The notes: generated by a model from the letters alone, not told the origin. 64,000 nucleotides of DNA from Selaginella moellendorffii (GCF_000143415.4 NW_003314291.1:531316-595315); one strand, 5' to 3'. Shown: positions 26,955 through 40,590, numbered from the stretch's first letter. A program made the numbers and translations.

Positions 26955-28139
26955 TTAGGTTAGATGGAGGAATGCGCATTTCGCCCCATTGCGGCAATAG
27001 CCTTTATCGTAGAATCGGCACGCCACGCCCGGAGGCCTCCACTCGCGCTCGCGATCGCGATCCCGATGGTGGTGGTGGTGATGGCGATTCTCCTCTCGCT
27101 CTCTCTCCCTCTCCCTTCTTGCCCTCTTCCTGGCCGCTTCTTCCCCCTCCTCCTCCTCCTCCCTCGATCGTCGCCTCTGGGGAGATTTCGAGCCGCGATC
27201 GTCACCGATCTTCGCCAGATCTCTAAACAGCACGCGCTCCTGGCTCTGGCCGATCTTCCAGATCTTGAGCTCCTCCGGGAGCCTGGCAATCCGGCTGCGC
27301 AGCTCGTCTAGCGACCGCGGCCCTTGCAACGCGCCCTTGGCGTCCTGGTACATCCAGGTCTGGATCCCGGCGTTGCCAGCCTCGTCGTAGTAATCGATGA
27401 GCGCGGCGAGGTCGATGGAATCGGTGGCGGGCGCCGCGCCGCGCCTCCACACGCGGATGGCGCCGGTGAGGATGTCCATCGATCGCCACTTCTTGAGCAA
27501 GTGGATGCTGTAGGGGCCCTGCGTCTTCCCGGTGGAGCTCGTGTAATGCCAGAGCTCCTCGTCGATCTTGCCACCCTTTTCTCCTTCCTTCCTCTCTTGC
27601 GGATAATGCGGGCGCTCTGGCCGACGATCTTGGCGGGGATGGAGCGATTCGTGCCGGTGGTGATTCGCGCCATCTCGATCGTCGCGTTGCTGCTGGAGAT
27701 TATTTCGCTCGCTGCCTTTGCGGTGGTGGTGGTGATTTTCTCGATCCGATCGCTGTCGATCATCCTCTCGATCGCGCGACCGCGGCTTTCGATCGACTCC
27801 CGCCGTGTCGCCGAACCGGTGCCAGTGCTTTCTTTCCGCCGGATCTTTTCGCTCGATCGCATCGGCTTTTGGTGGCGGCGGCGGCGCTGGAGAAATCATC
27901 GTTGGCGGTGGCCGCGGTGGCGATGGCGGTAGCGGCGGTGGAGCTGGAGAAATCGTCGTTGACGGTGGCGATAGCTGCGGTGGCGGTGATGGACGGACAA
28001 CGATATTCTTCCCAAACAAGCGCAGCGTCGCCATAGCCATTTCTTTCGTTCTCGGGGTGTCTTGGAACCCTAGTGTATTAACCACGTCGCCGCTATATCT
28101 GATTGCGACGCGTGGCGGCACCGAGCTTTTCAAGGCCAT
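26955..28139 (-). CDS. Intronless protein with two GYF domains and a C-terminal CCCH zinc finger (true start possibly Met at 28040)
   Basis: LWHYTSSTGKTQGPYS..LKKW and TWMYQDAKGALQGP.SLDEL (GYF-like); CRFYDKGYCRNGAKCAFLH (C-x7-C-x5-C-x3-H); Pro-rich and R/D/H-rich linkers. Confidence 0.88.
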   Translation of the reverse strand: MALKSSVPPRVAIRYSGDVVNTLGFQDTPRTKEMAMATLRLFGKNIVVRPSPPPQLSPPSTTISPAPPPLPPSPPRPPPTMISPAPPPPPKADAIERKDPAERKHWHRFGDTAGVDRKPRSRDREDDRQRSDRENHHHHRKGSERNNLQQQRDDRDGANHHRHESLHPRQDRRPERPHYPQERKEGEKGGKIDEELWHYTSSTGKTQGPYSIHLLKKWRSMDILTGAIRVWRRGAAPATDSIDLAALIDYYDEAGNAGIQTWMYQDAKGALQGPRSLDELRSRIARLPEELKIWKIGQSQERVLFRDLAKIGDDRGSKSPQRRRSREEEEEGEEAARKRARREREREREENRHHHHHHRDRDREREWRPPGVACRFYDKGYCRNGAKCAFLHLT

Positions 28140-28259
28140 GCACCTTGCTAAAAATAGCTACGCTAAGAATATACCCCCTAAATTTACACGGTGCATCCCA
28201 GCCGTTGGATACAGATGGAGATCCCGGCCGTTAGATATTGGTTTAATCTGATTTAATCT

Positions 28260-30210
28260 TCAGTTAATAATCTCGCTTAAGAAGGAGTGGTATGGATCCA
28301 TGTCACACTGGATCCCAAAATCTGGGACATTCTCGAAGGCTTCCAGGTAGACGCTGAGCCTGTCCTTTGCCACGCTTAATGGGCTGCTTCCTCCTTTGGT
28401 AGTAGCATCTATGACACACAAAAAAAACGCCATTAACAATCTAGAGACCACCACCGTATCGATCGATCGAGACGAGAGGAGCTTCTCGACCTCGCGATCT
28501 CTCTTCTCAATCGATTGCCTATACAATCGAACGATTCGATATCGGGGAAGGAAGAGGGCTATGGAATATATAGTCTAGCAACGCAGCTCAAGTACCTGGA
28601 ATCGTGTTCTTGGTGCTCGAGATGGTCGTGGAAGAGGGAACGTTGTAGCCCTTTGGGAGATCGTCCGGGTGGATTTGATATGGAGCTGGGGCGCTCAAGC
28701 TTCGCGAGAGCTGTGGTGGCGGCACTAGAGCGTTGTCCGAGACCGAGGGGAGCTTGGAGAGGAGAGCGTGGAGGCTGGACATGGATGGGTGTAAGTGTGG
28801 GACGACTCCCGGGGAAGAGTGGCCAGTGTTGAGCGATTTGGAGAGCGGTGGTCGCTCTGGTATCTTGCGGCCGCTGCTACCGGCGATCATGGCGGCTTGA
28901 TCTTCGTTGGTGTCCGAGCAGGACGAGCTCGTTCGTTTGAGACCCACCGATGGAACGATCGTGGTGTGATCTTGCTGTTGCTGTTGCTTGAGAGTGGTGT
29001 TGTTTGGATCCATCGCGAGCGATCGGTGGTCTTGGATGGTGTAAGATCCTGGTGGTGTTCGAGCCCCGAGGCTCATGAGATTGAACCGCTGCTGCTCGGT
29101 GAGGCCGATGAAGGAGTCGTCCAGGACGCCATAGCTGCTGCTGCTCGATCTCATGGCGCTGGATTGGAGCGGGACTCTTGGACGGATTGAGTGATTTAGC
29201 GTGTTTGGATGAGGAGCGAAAACTCCTGGAATGGTTTGGAGGTAAGTGAATTTCCGCTGGAGGAGAATGACCAAGTTGAGATCCTCGAGAACCTGCATAG
29301 CTCGATCGATCTAAAGCTTCATCGTTTGTGAAAGAAGATTGAAAATTTACCTTGTCTAACGATCCAAGCTGCAAGAGGCCTTCTTGGACTGCAACAATGG
29401 CTATGGTCTGGAAAGAGCCCAAAATATATGAAAAATGCCGCGAAATGGAAGGAAAAATCACCTGAATTCCAGCTTTGAATTGAGCTTCCCATGTTCTTGG
29501 ATGCTGAAACGAAAAAACAGCCAAACTTTTGTAAGGATTATCGCAAGCGTTTTTCTTACTGGGTCTAGCGATCCATGCCATGGCGACACCAAGCTTGAAT
29601 CTTGGTCGGCCGGGTCTCTAAAAATCCACTTGTGGCTGCTGTCTGAGGCAACTTTGCCCATCAACCTGTTTGGAAAAACGAAAAAAGAAAAATAAAACCG
29701 CAAGTGATTTTTTTTTTTCCTTGGAAAGAACGTACCCTTCTCCATAGCTGTAAACTTCGTGAGACATTTTGAAGAAGAGCTCGGGCTGCAGTGGCTCAGC
29801 CGAGGCAGCTTCACTGTCTCCTGAAGAAGACTGCTTGAAACTCTTGACACAAGCAGCAAAATCGCAAAATCCATCCTCCCAAGTCAAAATCCTAAAAACC
29901 AAAGAATGAGGACCCAGACTTGGATCAAACAAGCATAGAATGCCCTCACCAATTTCTCTTGTTGCCTTTTGACCTATCCAAGAATCCAGACTCATTGTCC
30001 CACCTACATGTATCAATCATACATATATCATGTTAGAACATTCATATGGTAAATTCTGTGTGCTCACTTGGGTGGAGGGTAGTTCCTGGGAAGAATCCTC
30101 CACAAAACAGCATAGACCCATTGAGATTCCGTGCAGATGCTCCTTAGTGTGTGCTGCAACAAGTGGTTCACCACAGGCAATCCATGTTGTTGCTGCTGTT
30201 GTCTATCCAT
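28260..30210 (-). CDS. bHLH-MYC_N-domain protein lacking a bHLH (RICE SALT SENSITIVE 3-like)
   Basis: LLQHTLRSICTESQWVYAVLWRILPRNYPPP; ILTWEDGFCDF; LQPELFFKMSHEVYSYGEG; LMGKVASDSSHKWIF; HPRTWEAQFKAGIQTIAIVAVQEGLLQLGS; LHPSMSSLHALLSKLPSV. Confidence 0.88.
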
Positions 30211-31440
30211 TATAATCAGAAGCTCTCCAAATGCCCACAAATTCTCCTCCTTTCAATTCTTGCTCATTGTTGACAATCTCAGACTCAAGCAAGAACTGAA
30301 TGAACCTCTCAATCTCCAGTACATGGAACAAGTATAAGAAAGAAGAGAAGTTATATACAAGAAGAATTCCTGTGGCTACTCTCTAAGAAATGCAGGTAGC
30401 CCGTATACATATACTCTTATATATGTATATGATCATGATAAAAAAAACACTGCAAGTTTTCCTTTCACTACTTCTGAAGAAGAAAGAATATGCTGGAAGA
30501 GCAAAGTGACAAAGTTTTCACACACAATCACCCACTCATTGCTGGCTAGCTTTCATCCAGTGGAGAAATGGGACAATGGAAGAAGTTTGAGGGAGTAGCA
30601 ATTGATCAAAAAAAGAGTGAAGAAAAATGGGTATCTAACTGGGAAATTGGGGTAGAATCAGCTTGACAATGGACTCCCCCCTACCACCCAGCACCTTCAT
30701 ATAAAGCTCCCCATCACACATCACCATCACATTGTTCTTTTCTTGCTGTTCCTTCTTCTTGCTTTGAAATTCCTTGTTTTCCATGCCTTTTAAATATGGT
30801 TGCAGAAGTTCATCAGGGTGGAAAAAAGAAAGAAAAGAATAAGTGCACAATAGAATGCAGCTGGCTATGGCTGGGGGATGTGGACTGGACCCCTCTTTGG
30901 AACTTCTTCTTAGTCTCTGTAAGCTTCTTGAGAAATTTGAGAAGAAAATGTGCTTTTATGTGTTGCTCGATCAGCTGCAATTGTTTCCTGCCAACACAGT
31001 CCTGCTTGCTGCTGCCGCTGCTACTGCTGTTCTGGTCTCAGAAATCATTTTCCATGAAGGGGTTTGAATGGTCATTGGTGACTTTTGCAACTCACACCCT
31101 GAAGAGAGAAAACTTTTCATTTCCTTCACTCTCCTAAAAAGCATCTCAGCTTGGCTTAGTATAAAATACCAGAAATACAGCTTATAATTACAACTTTAGC
31201 CACCATACCATGGACAATTATGTGCTGATAATGATAAGATGAGTACAAGAAAAAAAAGGTGGCTGGCACCACCACCATAACTGTCAATGAGGACCTTCCC
31301 TTTCCTTCTGTGGTGCTTTGTACAGTCTTAAGCTAACATCTGTTCAGATAGGAAGAAGTTAAAGGAAAGAACAAAAGGACCACTTGGCTTGGAGTAAGGC
31401 TAGCTAGCCTGCCCAGGAAAATTAAAGGTGGTCAAACCAT

Positions 31441-31544
31441 CCTAATATTGCTATTTGCTATTTCATTTCCCAAGTGATAATTCTACTAAAGTCCTAATAT
31501 TGCTATTTGCTATTTCATTTCCCAAGTGATAATTCTACTAAAGT
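31441..31544. repeat. Perfect 52-bp tandem duplication
   Basis: cctaatattgctatttgctatttcatttcccaagtgataattctactaaagt occurs twice head-to-tail. Confidence 0.95.
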
Positions 31545-33203
31545 TTATCTTTTTTAAAAAGAAAAAGCTTGCTCTTTGGCATGACTTGGGGGTTGAGGTA
31601 TCGTCATCCCATTTCGTAAGCGCTGTTGTGAGGGAATGGTTTTTAGATGCTTTTTGTCGAAAAATTCGAGCATTTTTGTTTGGCAGGTGGCATTCGCATT
31701 TTCAAGTTCTCACTTGGGGCAAAGTATTTCAGCAGACACGGCTACACACTCTCAGACACGGACACGCAGCAGGGGACAACCAAAACGTGGTATGTTTAAG
31801 AAAATGCTAAAAAGAAATAAATTTCTCTTTCCCTTTCTCCAGTACTCAAAATGTTGGTAGGGAGACAGCTTAATCAGTGTAATAAGAATTTGTCATTTGC
31901 GGAAGAAAAAAATAAAAAATAAAAAATAACGAACAGAAGAATTTAAAGCTTCCAAGTTCCGACTTTGTCTTGAGGAATGAATGAGGGAAAATAAAAAAAA
32001 CAAGTCCAAATAATTAAAATAAGATGGGCATGGCATGCTTGTGTTTGAGTTTCCATGTACCAAGAACAGCTTTCATTAAAACAGACCATGCCGAAGAAGA
32101 TGCACGCCTCCAAATGGTGTCCTTGAAGCCCTCCTGCAAAGAGGACGGGCCCATGGAAACGCTTTGGGGGCCTTTGCATTATTGTATGGGATGCAGTCTC
32201 CAAGCCTTGCAAGCTTTTGGTTTTGTTATTTTATTTGAGGAAGGATCGTCTCTCTCTCTCTCTCTCATATACGTATTCTTTGTCTTGAGGTTTCTTCCTT
32301 GAGGATGGATCAACGCAAGCAAATCGAGTCAAGGAGACATGATGCGCAGAGCTGGTGATCGATGCAGATTGTGAAAGAGAGAGGGAGACTCTTGCAGGGA
32401 CAACGGCAAGTGGACTATCACGAAGATCTAGGAAACTGGGGCTCATAGATTTTAAATTCTCACTTGTTGGTGCTCAATGACTAGATTCATAAGAAATTCC
32501 TTTGCAATTCTTTTGCGCTGCTGGTTCCATCACGAGGATGAAAAGTCTCGCCACCTTCTTGTTGCAGTTGTGTAAAAACTTCTACTTTGACTTTAGTTGA
32601 CCGAGAAAGCTCGTTCACTTAAATGGTGAAACTTATCCTTCTATAGCTTCCATGGCGTGTTATACAAAGACGTGAGTTTGTTTGTGGAGTTTTCCAAAAA
32701 CCTGATCAAGAAACTCAGCACCTTTGCTTGAGAAACTTTTCCTAATGTTTGAGAAAACTTAGCTCGAGTATGAAAGCTTACACTCCTCTGGACACAAAAC
32801 CTCAAGAGGCCGCGGAACAAAGAGAAACGTCTTGCCTGATAAATCTGTCAAGAACATCGAGAGAGCAGGAGCGAGCAGCTCAAATTCAGGGTCGCATGAA
32901 TCACGAAGGAAGTAGCTTCCATCCCCTGCAATTCAATCGAAACACAACTTGTCAAGGTTTACAAAGCTTGTCCGGCTCGGCTTTCGATCCACGAAGTTCA
33001 ACCGGTCACAACACCCAAGCCCTGTTTCCTGCCTGGCTGGGACGATAACATCTTCCTCACACCAAGGAGTGTATCTCCTCGCTGTAGCATCCACAACATA
33101 CCTATAACATCCAAAACAAGATAACTGTTTCTGTAAACATGTAACAAAAAGTCGTACCTCTTGTTTCTGTGGCCAAGTTTTGAGCAGATCTGGTACTCTT
33201 CAA

Positions 33204-34596
33204 ATGCCGCGAGTTCACGCTGCTGTGTTGCCATCCCGAGGTGCCGGACATCTCAACCCGATGCTCGAGCTATGCCGGCGAATTGTCCACTGCGGATTCA
33301 GTGTAAGCTTCCTGATTCCAGAAAACTGTCCCTACATCCCCACCAGCGAGGAGCAGCAAGAGGGCGAGAGCTTTCACCTCGTGTTCTTCTCGATGCCGAA
33401 GGAAGAAATCCCCAACAACAACATGTTTATGTCCCCGGAGATGCTCCACTTCGTCAAGCCAGCGCTGGAAGCTCTAGAACCCCCGGCACAGGTGCTTATC
33501 TCGAGCGCATTCATGGGATGGTCCCAAGATCTGGCCGACTCTCTCGGCATTCCTCGAGTCGCCTTGTGGCCTTCCAACGCGGCCAACGAAGTCATTGCTA
33601 CTTATCTCCCTCGACTCATCGCTGAAAGATACGTTCTTCCTGCCCAAGGTGAGCAAAAGTTAGCGAAGAACACCATCGCTATAAGGAAACTTACGTTTTT
33701 TTTTTCCAGAAGTTGGCGATTGCAAGGACGATGAGAAGCTCATCACTTTCATTCCCGGACTTCCACCACTCCGCCCGACCCAACTCCCGGTTTGCTACCA
33801 AAACGACTCGATCGACGCGCGTATGCAAGCAGTGGCTATAGCGCGGCTTCCACAGGCGGTTTGCGTTCTCGTCAACACGATCGAGGAGCTGGAAATAGAA
33901 GTGGTGAGAGCACGGCAGCAAACTCTACGTTCGTACCTTCCAGTCGGGCCTCTCATACGACAGAAGCCCATCGTCAACCATCGCTACAAACGCGAGGCCG
34001 CAGCGTGCATGGAGTGGCTGGAGAAACAAGCTCCACACTCGGTGCTCTACATAGCGTTTGGCAGCGTCTTTGGCCTCGCGGTGGAAGAGGTCGCGAAGAT
34101 CGCCGACGCTGTGGAAGAAACTAGTCAGCCAGTGCTATGGGCGATGCGAAGAAACTTTGCTACCAACGCACCTGGAGGATTCTTCGAGGAGCTCGCGGCG
34201 AGGATAACTGGAGGAGGGCGAGGATTGCTCGTGGAATGGGCGCCACAGCAGCTCATACTGCCGCATTCTTCCGTGGGAGCGTTCCTCACGCACTGTGGAT
34301 GGAATTCCACGCTCGAGGCGCTGGCGGCGGGCGTGCCGACGCTGTGCTGGCCGGTAGCGGCGGAGCAAAACTGGAACGCGATGGTACTGACCGAGGAGTG
34401 GAAGATCGGGGTGAATGTGAGCGGCGGAGAGATCGCCGGCGCAATTAGAGCGGTGATGAGCGACGAGATCGGCAGCGGCATGAGAGCGCGAGCGAGATCG
34501 CTGCGAGAGAGCATCGGTGATGGCGGCAGCTCCGCGAGAAATCTCCACTCCTTCGCGCTAGCCCTAAAAGCAGAGCGTGAGAATGAAGAACCCTAG
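33204..34596 (+). CDS. Family 1 UDP-glycosyltransferase, one intron (~33649-33709)
   Basis: N-terminal HAAVLPSRGAGHLNPM (catalytic His); SVLYIAFGS; PSPG box WAPQQLILPHSSVGAFLTHCGWNSTLEALAAGVPTLCWPVAAEQ. Confidence 0.94.
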
Positions 34597-34616
34597 AACT
34601 TTTAAAATTTTAGGGC

Positions 34617-36426
34617 ATGGGGAGCTCATCGCGTGGCGCTTGTTCTTCGTCCTCAGCGGTGCGCTACCTGGGTGTCGTCGTCGCCAGCGTCTTGTGTAAG
34701 AAGGATCCTCCATTCATTGGCCAGATCTTAGCTTCTGGAGCTCGCAGGCACGAGATTGTTCTTGTTCGAGGCTCGCGATCGCTGCGGGACGAGCAGTGAC
34801 GTAAGAAGGAAGAATGTAGGCGAATTTGAGTGGCCGGAGCTCGGCTATGGATCGCATCTGGCTCTACGCATCTATGTCTACCAGGAATCGGAAGTTCCAG
34901 GGCTGAAAGAACTCCTTTCCGGCCGTGACAACAAGATTTCTCCGGAAGATTGTCTCAAAGGTCAATATGGAACACAGGTATGGAAAGAAGAAAGGAAGAA
35001 CACTACACTCTTTTTTTTAACTCTTTTGTTCTAGAATAAAAGCTTGCTTTTACTCTTTCCAGGTGAAAATCCACAAGCTTTTGCTGGAGTCGAGGTATAG
35101 GACTCTCGACAAAGACGACGCCGATTTTTTCTTTGTTCCTACGTATGTGAAGTGCGTGCGAATGAAGGGTGGTTTGAGTGACAAAGAGATTGATTCCAAG
35201 TTCATACAGGCAGGTACTATACTTCTCTTTTGCTTCTCCGGATTTCGAGAGAGAACTTGACTTGACAAGACAATTTTTTGTTCCAGATTGTTACTCAAAT
35301 GCCATACTTTCGCCGCTCCGGTGGTCGGGATCACGTCTTTGTATTTCCCAGGTGACTAAGAGTTTCTTTTTGACGGGAGTTTTGGATTTCTTTCTTTTTT
35401 GACAGTGGAATTGGAGCTCACATTTTCAAGCACTGGCCAGTCTACCTGAATCGATCTATCTTTCTCACTCCAGAAGTACGTGACGTGCTGATCTCCTTTT
35501 CCTTTTCTGGTCTAGGAGAGCTTACTTACAACAACTTCTTCAAAGACAGGGTGATAGAACGGATAAGCGCGAAACGAGTGCTTTCAACACTTGGAAAGAC
35601 GTGATTATCCCAGGCAACATCGACAACGACATACTTCTCCAAGGCTCGGCCATACAGCAGTTTATCAAGCCGCTACCTCTGGCCAAGAGGAATTACCTCG
35701 CTAACTACTTTGGACGTGCACAGAACAAAACTGGACGCCTCAAGCTTTTGAAGCTCGCGAAATTGTACCCCGACGAGGTAGGCCTCTCTCCATAAGATGG
35801 TTTCTCATTCCACTTCTCTTTCAGCTAGAGGCGCCGGACTTAACATTCTCAGCCTCATCCAAGCTTGAGCGAAAGGAATACTTCCGCCACCTTCGCAATG
35901 CCAAGTTTTGCTTGTCACCGCGTGGAGAGTCGTCATGGACGCTGCGCTTCTTCGAGTCCTTTTTTGTGGTGCGTTTCGGTTTAGTATCTTCTAAAGCGAC
36001 CTGATCTTCTGGGATTCTTTCTATTAAAAAACCAGGAGTGCGTTCCAGTGATTCTCTCCGACAGAATCGAGCTCCCTTTCCAGAACGTCCTGGACTACAG
36101 GAAATTCTCGATCAAGTGGCCGAGCAGCCGAACCGACGAGCAGCTCCTGGACTATCTTCGCTCCATTCCAGGTAGACACAAACATTTCCAGTCGATCTCT
36201 CGCAAGCTAAGTTTATCTTCCAGACTATGAGATCGAGGCGATGATCTCTCGCGGCCGGAGCGTCCGGTGCCTGTGGCTCTACGTTGGAGAGTCGCACGCT
36301 TGCTCGGCAATGACGGGAATCTTGTGGGAACTCCAACGCAAGTCCAGGCGTTTTCATCAATCGCAAGACACGTTTTGGCTTCACAACCAAACTCTAGTGG
36401 ACGAGGATCTCAATGCGATCAAGTAA
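34617..36426 (+). CDS. Exostosin-family (GT47) glycosyltransferase, multi-exon
   Basis: [77 protein letters not shown]; N-terminal membrane anchor. Confidence 0.92.
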
Positions 36427-36662
36427 CATACAGAAAAATAGAGTAAGACCTGAAAAAAGATTAGAAAACTTGGCCCAACTAATAATCCAGCTACCCTTCC
36501 GGTCAGCTCATTCGCATCAGATTAAAAGGTTTTTTAACTTTTCTCATTCTTTCATGTTGTAGCACTGTTTGTTTGCTTGATCACAGCGTGCTTGAATTGA
36601 TCGGGTCCCTATATGGTCTGGGCACTAGCTTCCAAACGTCAATAAACGTGGTCCGGTAAACC

Positions 36663-36760
36663 TTGACTTTCTCTTTGTTGGGCGCGTTGACCAGGCGCTG
36701 AATATGTTTGACCGGTTTCGTTTCGGGTAGCCTGACCGATCGGTGAGCGTGTGTTTGGTA
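36663..36760 (+). promoter_or_regulatory. W-box cluster and AC/SMRE-like element upstream of CCoAOMT
   Basis: TTGACY at 36663, 36687 and 36708; GTTTGGTA (reverse complement contains ACCAAAC) at 36753. Confidence 0.35.
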
Positions 36761-37203
36761 GAGCCAACTTTTTAATTATTTTCTCTCGCTTGGTTGGATT
36801 GCTAAATTGTCATTTCTCTTTTTTCTTTTGCATTTCTAGTAGTTGTTTTTTGTTCTTTTTCTCATGTTTACTTATTTTCATTTGTTTTTTGTTTTCCGTT
36901 TTTTAGCTTTGATTGCCACGTTTCGTCATACCTTCTCACTCCGACTTGTGAATGTCTGTGTTGTCCTCGTCAGCGTTTGTGTGCTCTTTCACTGCCACTA
37001 TTAAAGGCGGCTTCTTTTGCTAGTTTCCTCCAGCAGCGGTCTTTCGTTGTTCTCCCATTCACCCCCATTTTCGCGAGTCTTCTCCAGGCTTCCATCTCTT
37101 CTCTTCGAATCGAGAAGCCGCTCGCTCAAGGTGGGAAGAAAGCCAGATTGCACTGATCGATTCCCCAATCGCTAAAGCTCTCTGCTGTTCGAATTCCAGA
37201 AGG

Positions 37204-38317
<1,114 letters not shown>

Positions 38318-38834
38318 ATATAGCCAGAACTGAGATATAAGAGAATGATGAAACTGTATAGTGGAAAATTACCGGGGTCTCGAGGAAAAATCCAGACAAC
38401 GCGGAAGAGTGCTCTGGAATCGATAAAGACTGATTCTTTTTTAGTAGTCAATCAAAGTGTTCAGGGAATCTATGTGCCTTGGTTGAAAGGTCGAATTCTG
38501 GGTGGGGTAATAGCTTTTCTCTGATATTCCTGAGAAACTTGGACCCCACCGTCTGCTAGTGCTTGCTTCTCGTCCACTCTACGCTTTCCGAAGTTGAGGA
38601 TATGATCGTTCCCTCGACGGGGTTGTTCCAACGACCCCCGCTCACGAGTTACGATTAAAGAAATTGTCTTTCAGAGTGACTCTAGTGCGCACGATATATA
38701 GCATACGTATGCTGAGAAAAACAAGAAGTCGCGTAAGGAAAGAGACCGAACAGAAAGGCAGCTTACTTGTAACAAAGCTATTTCACAAACAGCTCGGCCG
38801 GCAGAAGACTGTGATGCCAGCTGACGTCTGCTGG

Positions 38835-40590
38835 CTATGCGCTGGATGTGAAGTTACTCATCCAGAGGCGTCCGATAGTCCTTGGCTCGAAATCCACAGG
38901 CAGATCCCAATCTTCCACCCCACTTCTTTCCCAGTGCAAGTTCACGTCCTTCACAGTAACTTCATGTACGTGCTTCATGAAAACGCCGGCAGTTCGATGA
39001 TGTACGAGGCCTTGACAACCTGGTCTATAATCGTGGAGGCCGCCCGGGTAGTCCGTGATCCTGCCCAGCCTCACAGAAACATTAGAAAGCTCCAATCTAT
39101 TCAGCACTCCTCCGTCCGAGCCGGCCAAGAAAATACCATTTTCTGCTGAAGAGGAAATGTTGATAAACCTGACGCTGTCGATCGTGCCCACACTCGTTGA
39201 GAGGTTCCGAGGACAAGCTGTGACATAGATTGGTTCTGCTCTTCCCCACCATAAAGGGTCGTACAAGCGAGTGCTTAGTACAATATTGGAGAATGTTACA
39301 TTGAAAATATTCCCTGCAATGAGAGCTAAAAGGTGAGGATGAGGATAACGTTTTCTAAAAGCCATACCTTTGTCACGTAACTGTACTCCAAGTCCTCTGT
39401 GAGACTCCACGATAGTGATGCTGTCGAAGTAAAGACCATCAAGATCATGGTAAGTTTCGCTGCCGATCTTCACCGCGCAAGATTTGCTTCTGATCCAGGA
39501 GTTCGTCACGCTTACATTAGATACTGGTCCCGCGATGCTCTTGACAACAATTCCATCGTCGGCGGTGTCCAAGCGGCAGTTTGTGATGTACGTGTTGTTG
39601 GAACCATCTATGTCGATGCCATCGTTGTTGGGCGTGTTAAAATCTCCATACAGGGTGATATCATGGATGTAAATCCCGCTCGAGTTGGCAACATGGAGGC
39701 TGAGACAATCACGAGACAATCAAAGAATTTAGTAAAAGCCAATTTTATCAAAAACTAAAAAGAATCAAACTATGGACGACAGCATGAAAGCTTATCAAAC
39801 TAGACAATACCAGTGTTATCAAACACTAGAAAGAATCAACCATGGAAGAAAGCATGAAAGCTGATCAAACTAGAAAATACCAGTTCTCTACAAGGAATCA
39901 AACCATGGAAGAAAAAAATTACCAGTCTATATACACTAGAAAGAATTAAACCATGGAAGAAAGCATGAAAGTGTATCAAACTAGAAGATACCTCCAGTAA
40001 GCTGGCTGCCTTAGATGGATGTTCCACACGCGAACGTTCTCGCAATTCACGAATCCTAGCAAGCGAGGCCGGCATTCATCGCCAATGCACGCACCCGTCG
40101 TGTTCCAGCTGACCATAACGTTCTTGCGCGACCAAAACCTGGAAACAAACTCGAGCCCCCGGCCATCGATGATTCCCCCGCCTGTGACGCTCACATTCAC
40201 GGCATTCTCGGCCGCTAGAACATACCAGCGCGACCTCTCGCGCGGATAATCCTCCTGCCGGGAGCTGCCAAGGATAATCGCTCCGGGATCGATGACCACA
40301 GCCATATTGGAGGCGAGGAACACAGCTCCGGTGAGATATTTCCCTGGAGGAAAATGCAGGCTCGACGCGCGCGCCTTCCAGGCGCAGTAGTCGATCGCCG
40401 ACTGGATCGCCGACGTATCGATCGTCTTTCCATCCGCCACGGCGCCGAAATCCAGCACATTGCACACCCACCTGTGGCCATGATCGAGAAGAAGAGGGAA
40501 ATTCCTGGCGCTGCTACTAGAGATCGCGCATTGAGATTGAGACGAGAGAAAGATCGCCGCGAAGAGGATCACAATGCCAGAAATCCCCAT
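38835..40590 (-). CDS. Glycoside hydrolase family 28 (polygalacturonase-like), 3 exons
   Basis: Signal peptide; NVLDFGAVADGKTIDTSAIQSAID; PPGKYLTG; TGGGIIDG; PNNDGIDID; ADDGIVVK; VKIGSET. Confidence 0.92.
39745..39992. repeat. Degenerate ~60-70-bp tandem repeat filling intron 1 of the GH28 gene
   Basis: Recurrent unit agaatcaa(a)ccatggaagaaagcatgaaag..tatcaaactagaaaatacc, 3-4 copies. Confidence 0.8.

Noticed and set aside
31441-31544. Direct repeats as a CRISPR-like array (also 39745-39992 and 52470-52590)
   Set aside because: Plant nuclear DNA; these are simple tandem duplications without unique spacers or cas genes.
32090-32190. Possible miRNA-like hairpin (tgcacgcctccaaa ... tttgggggcctttgca)
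   Set aside because: Pairing is short and imperfect; no known mature sequence recognised.
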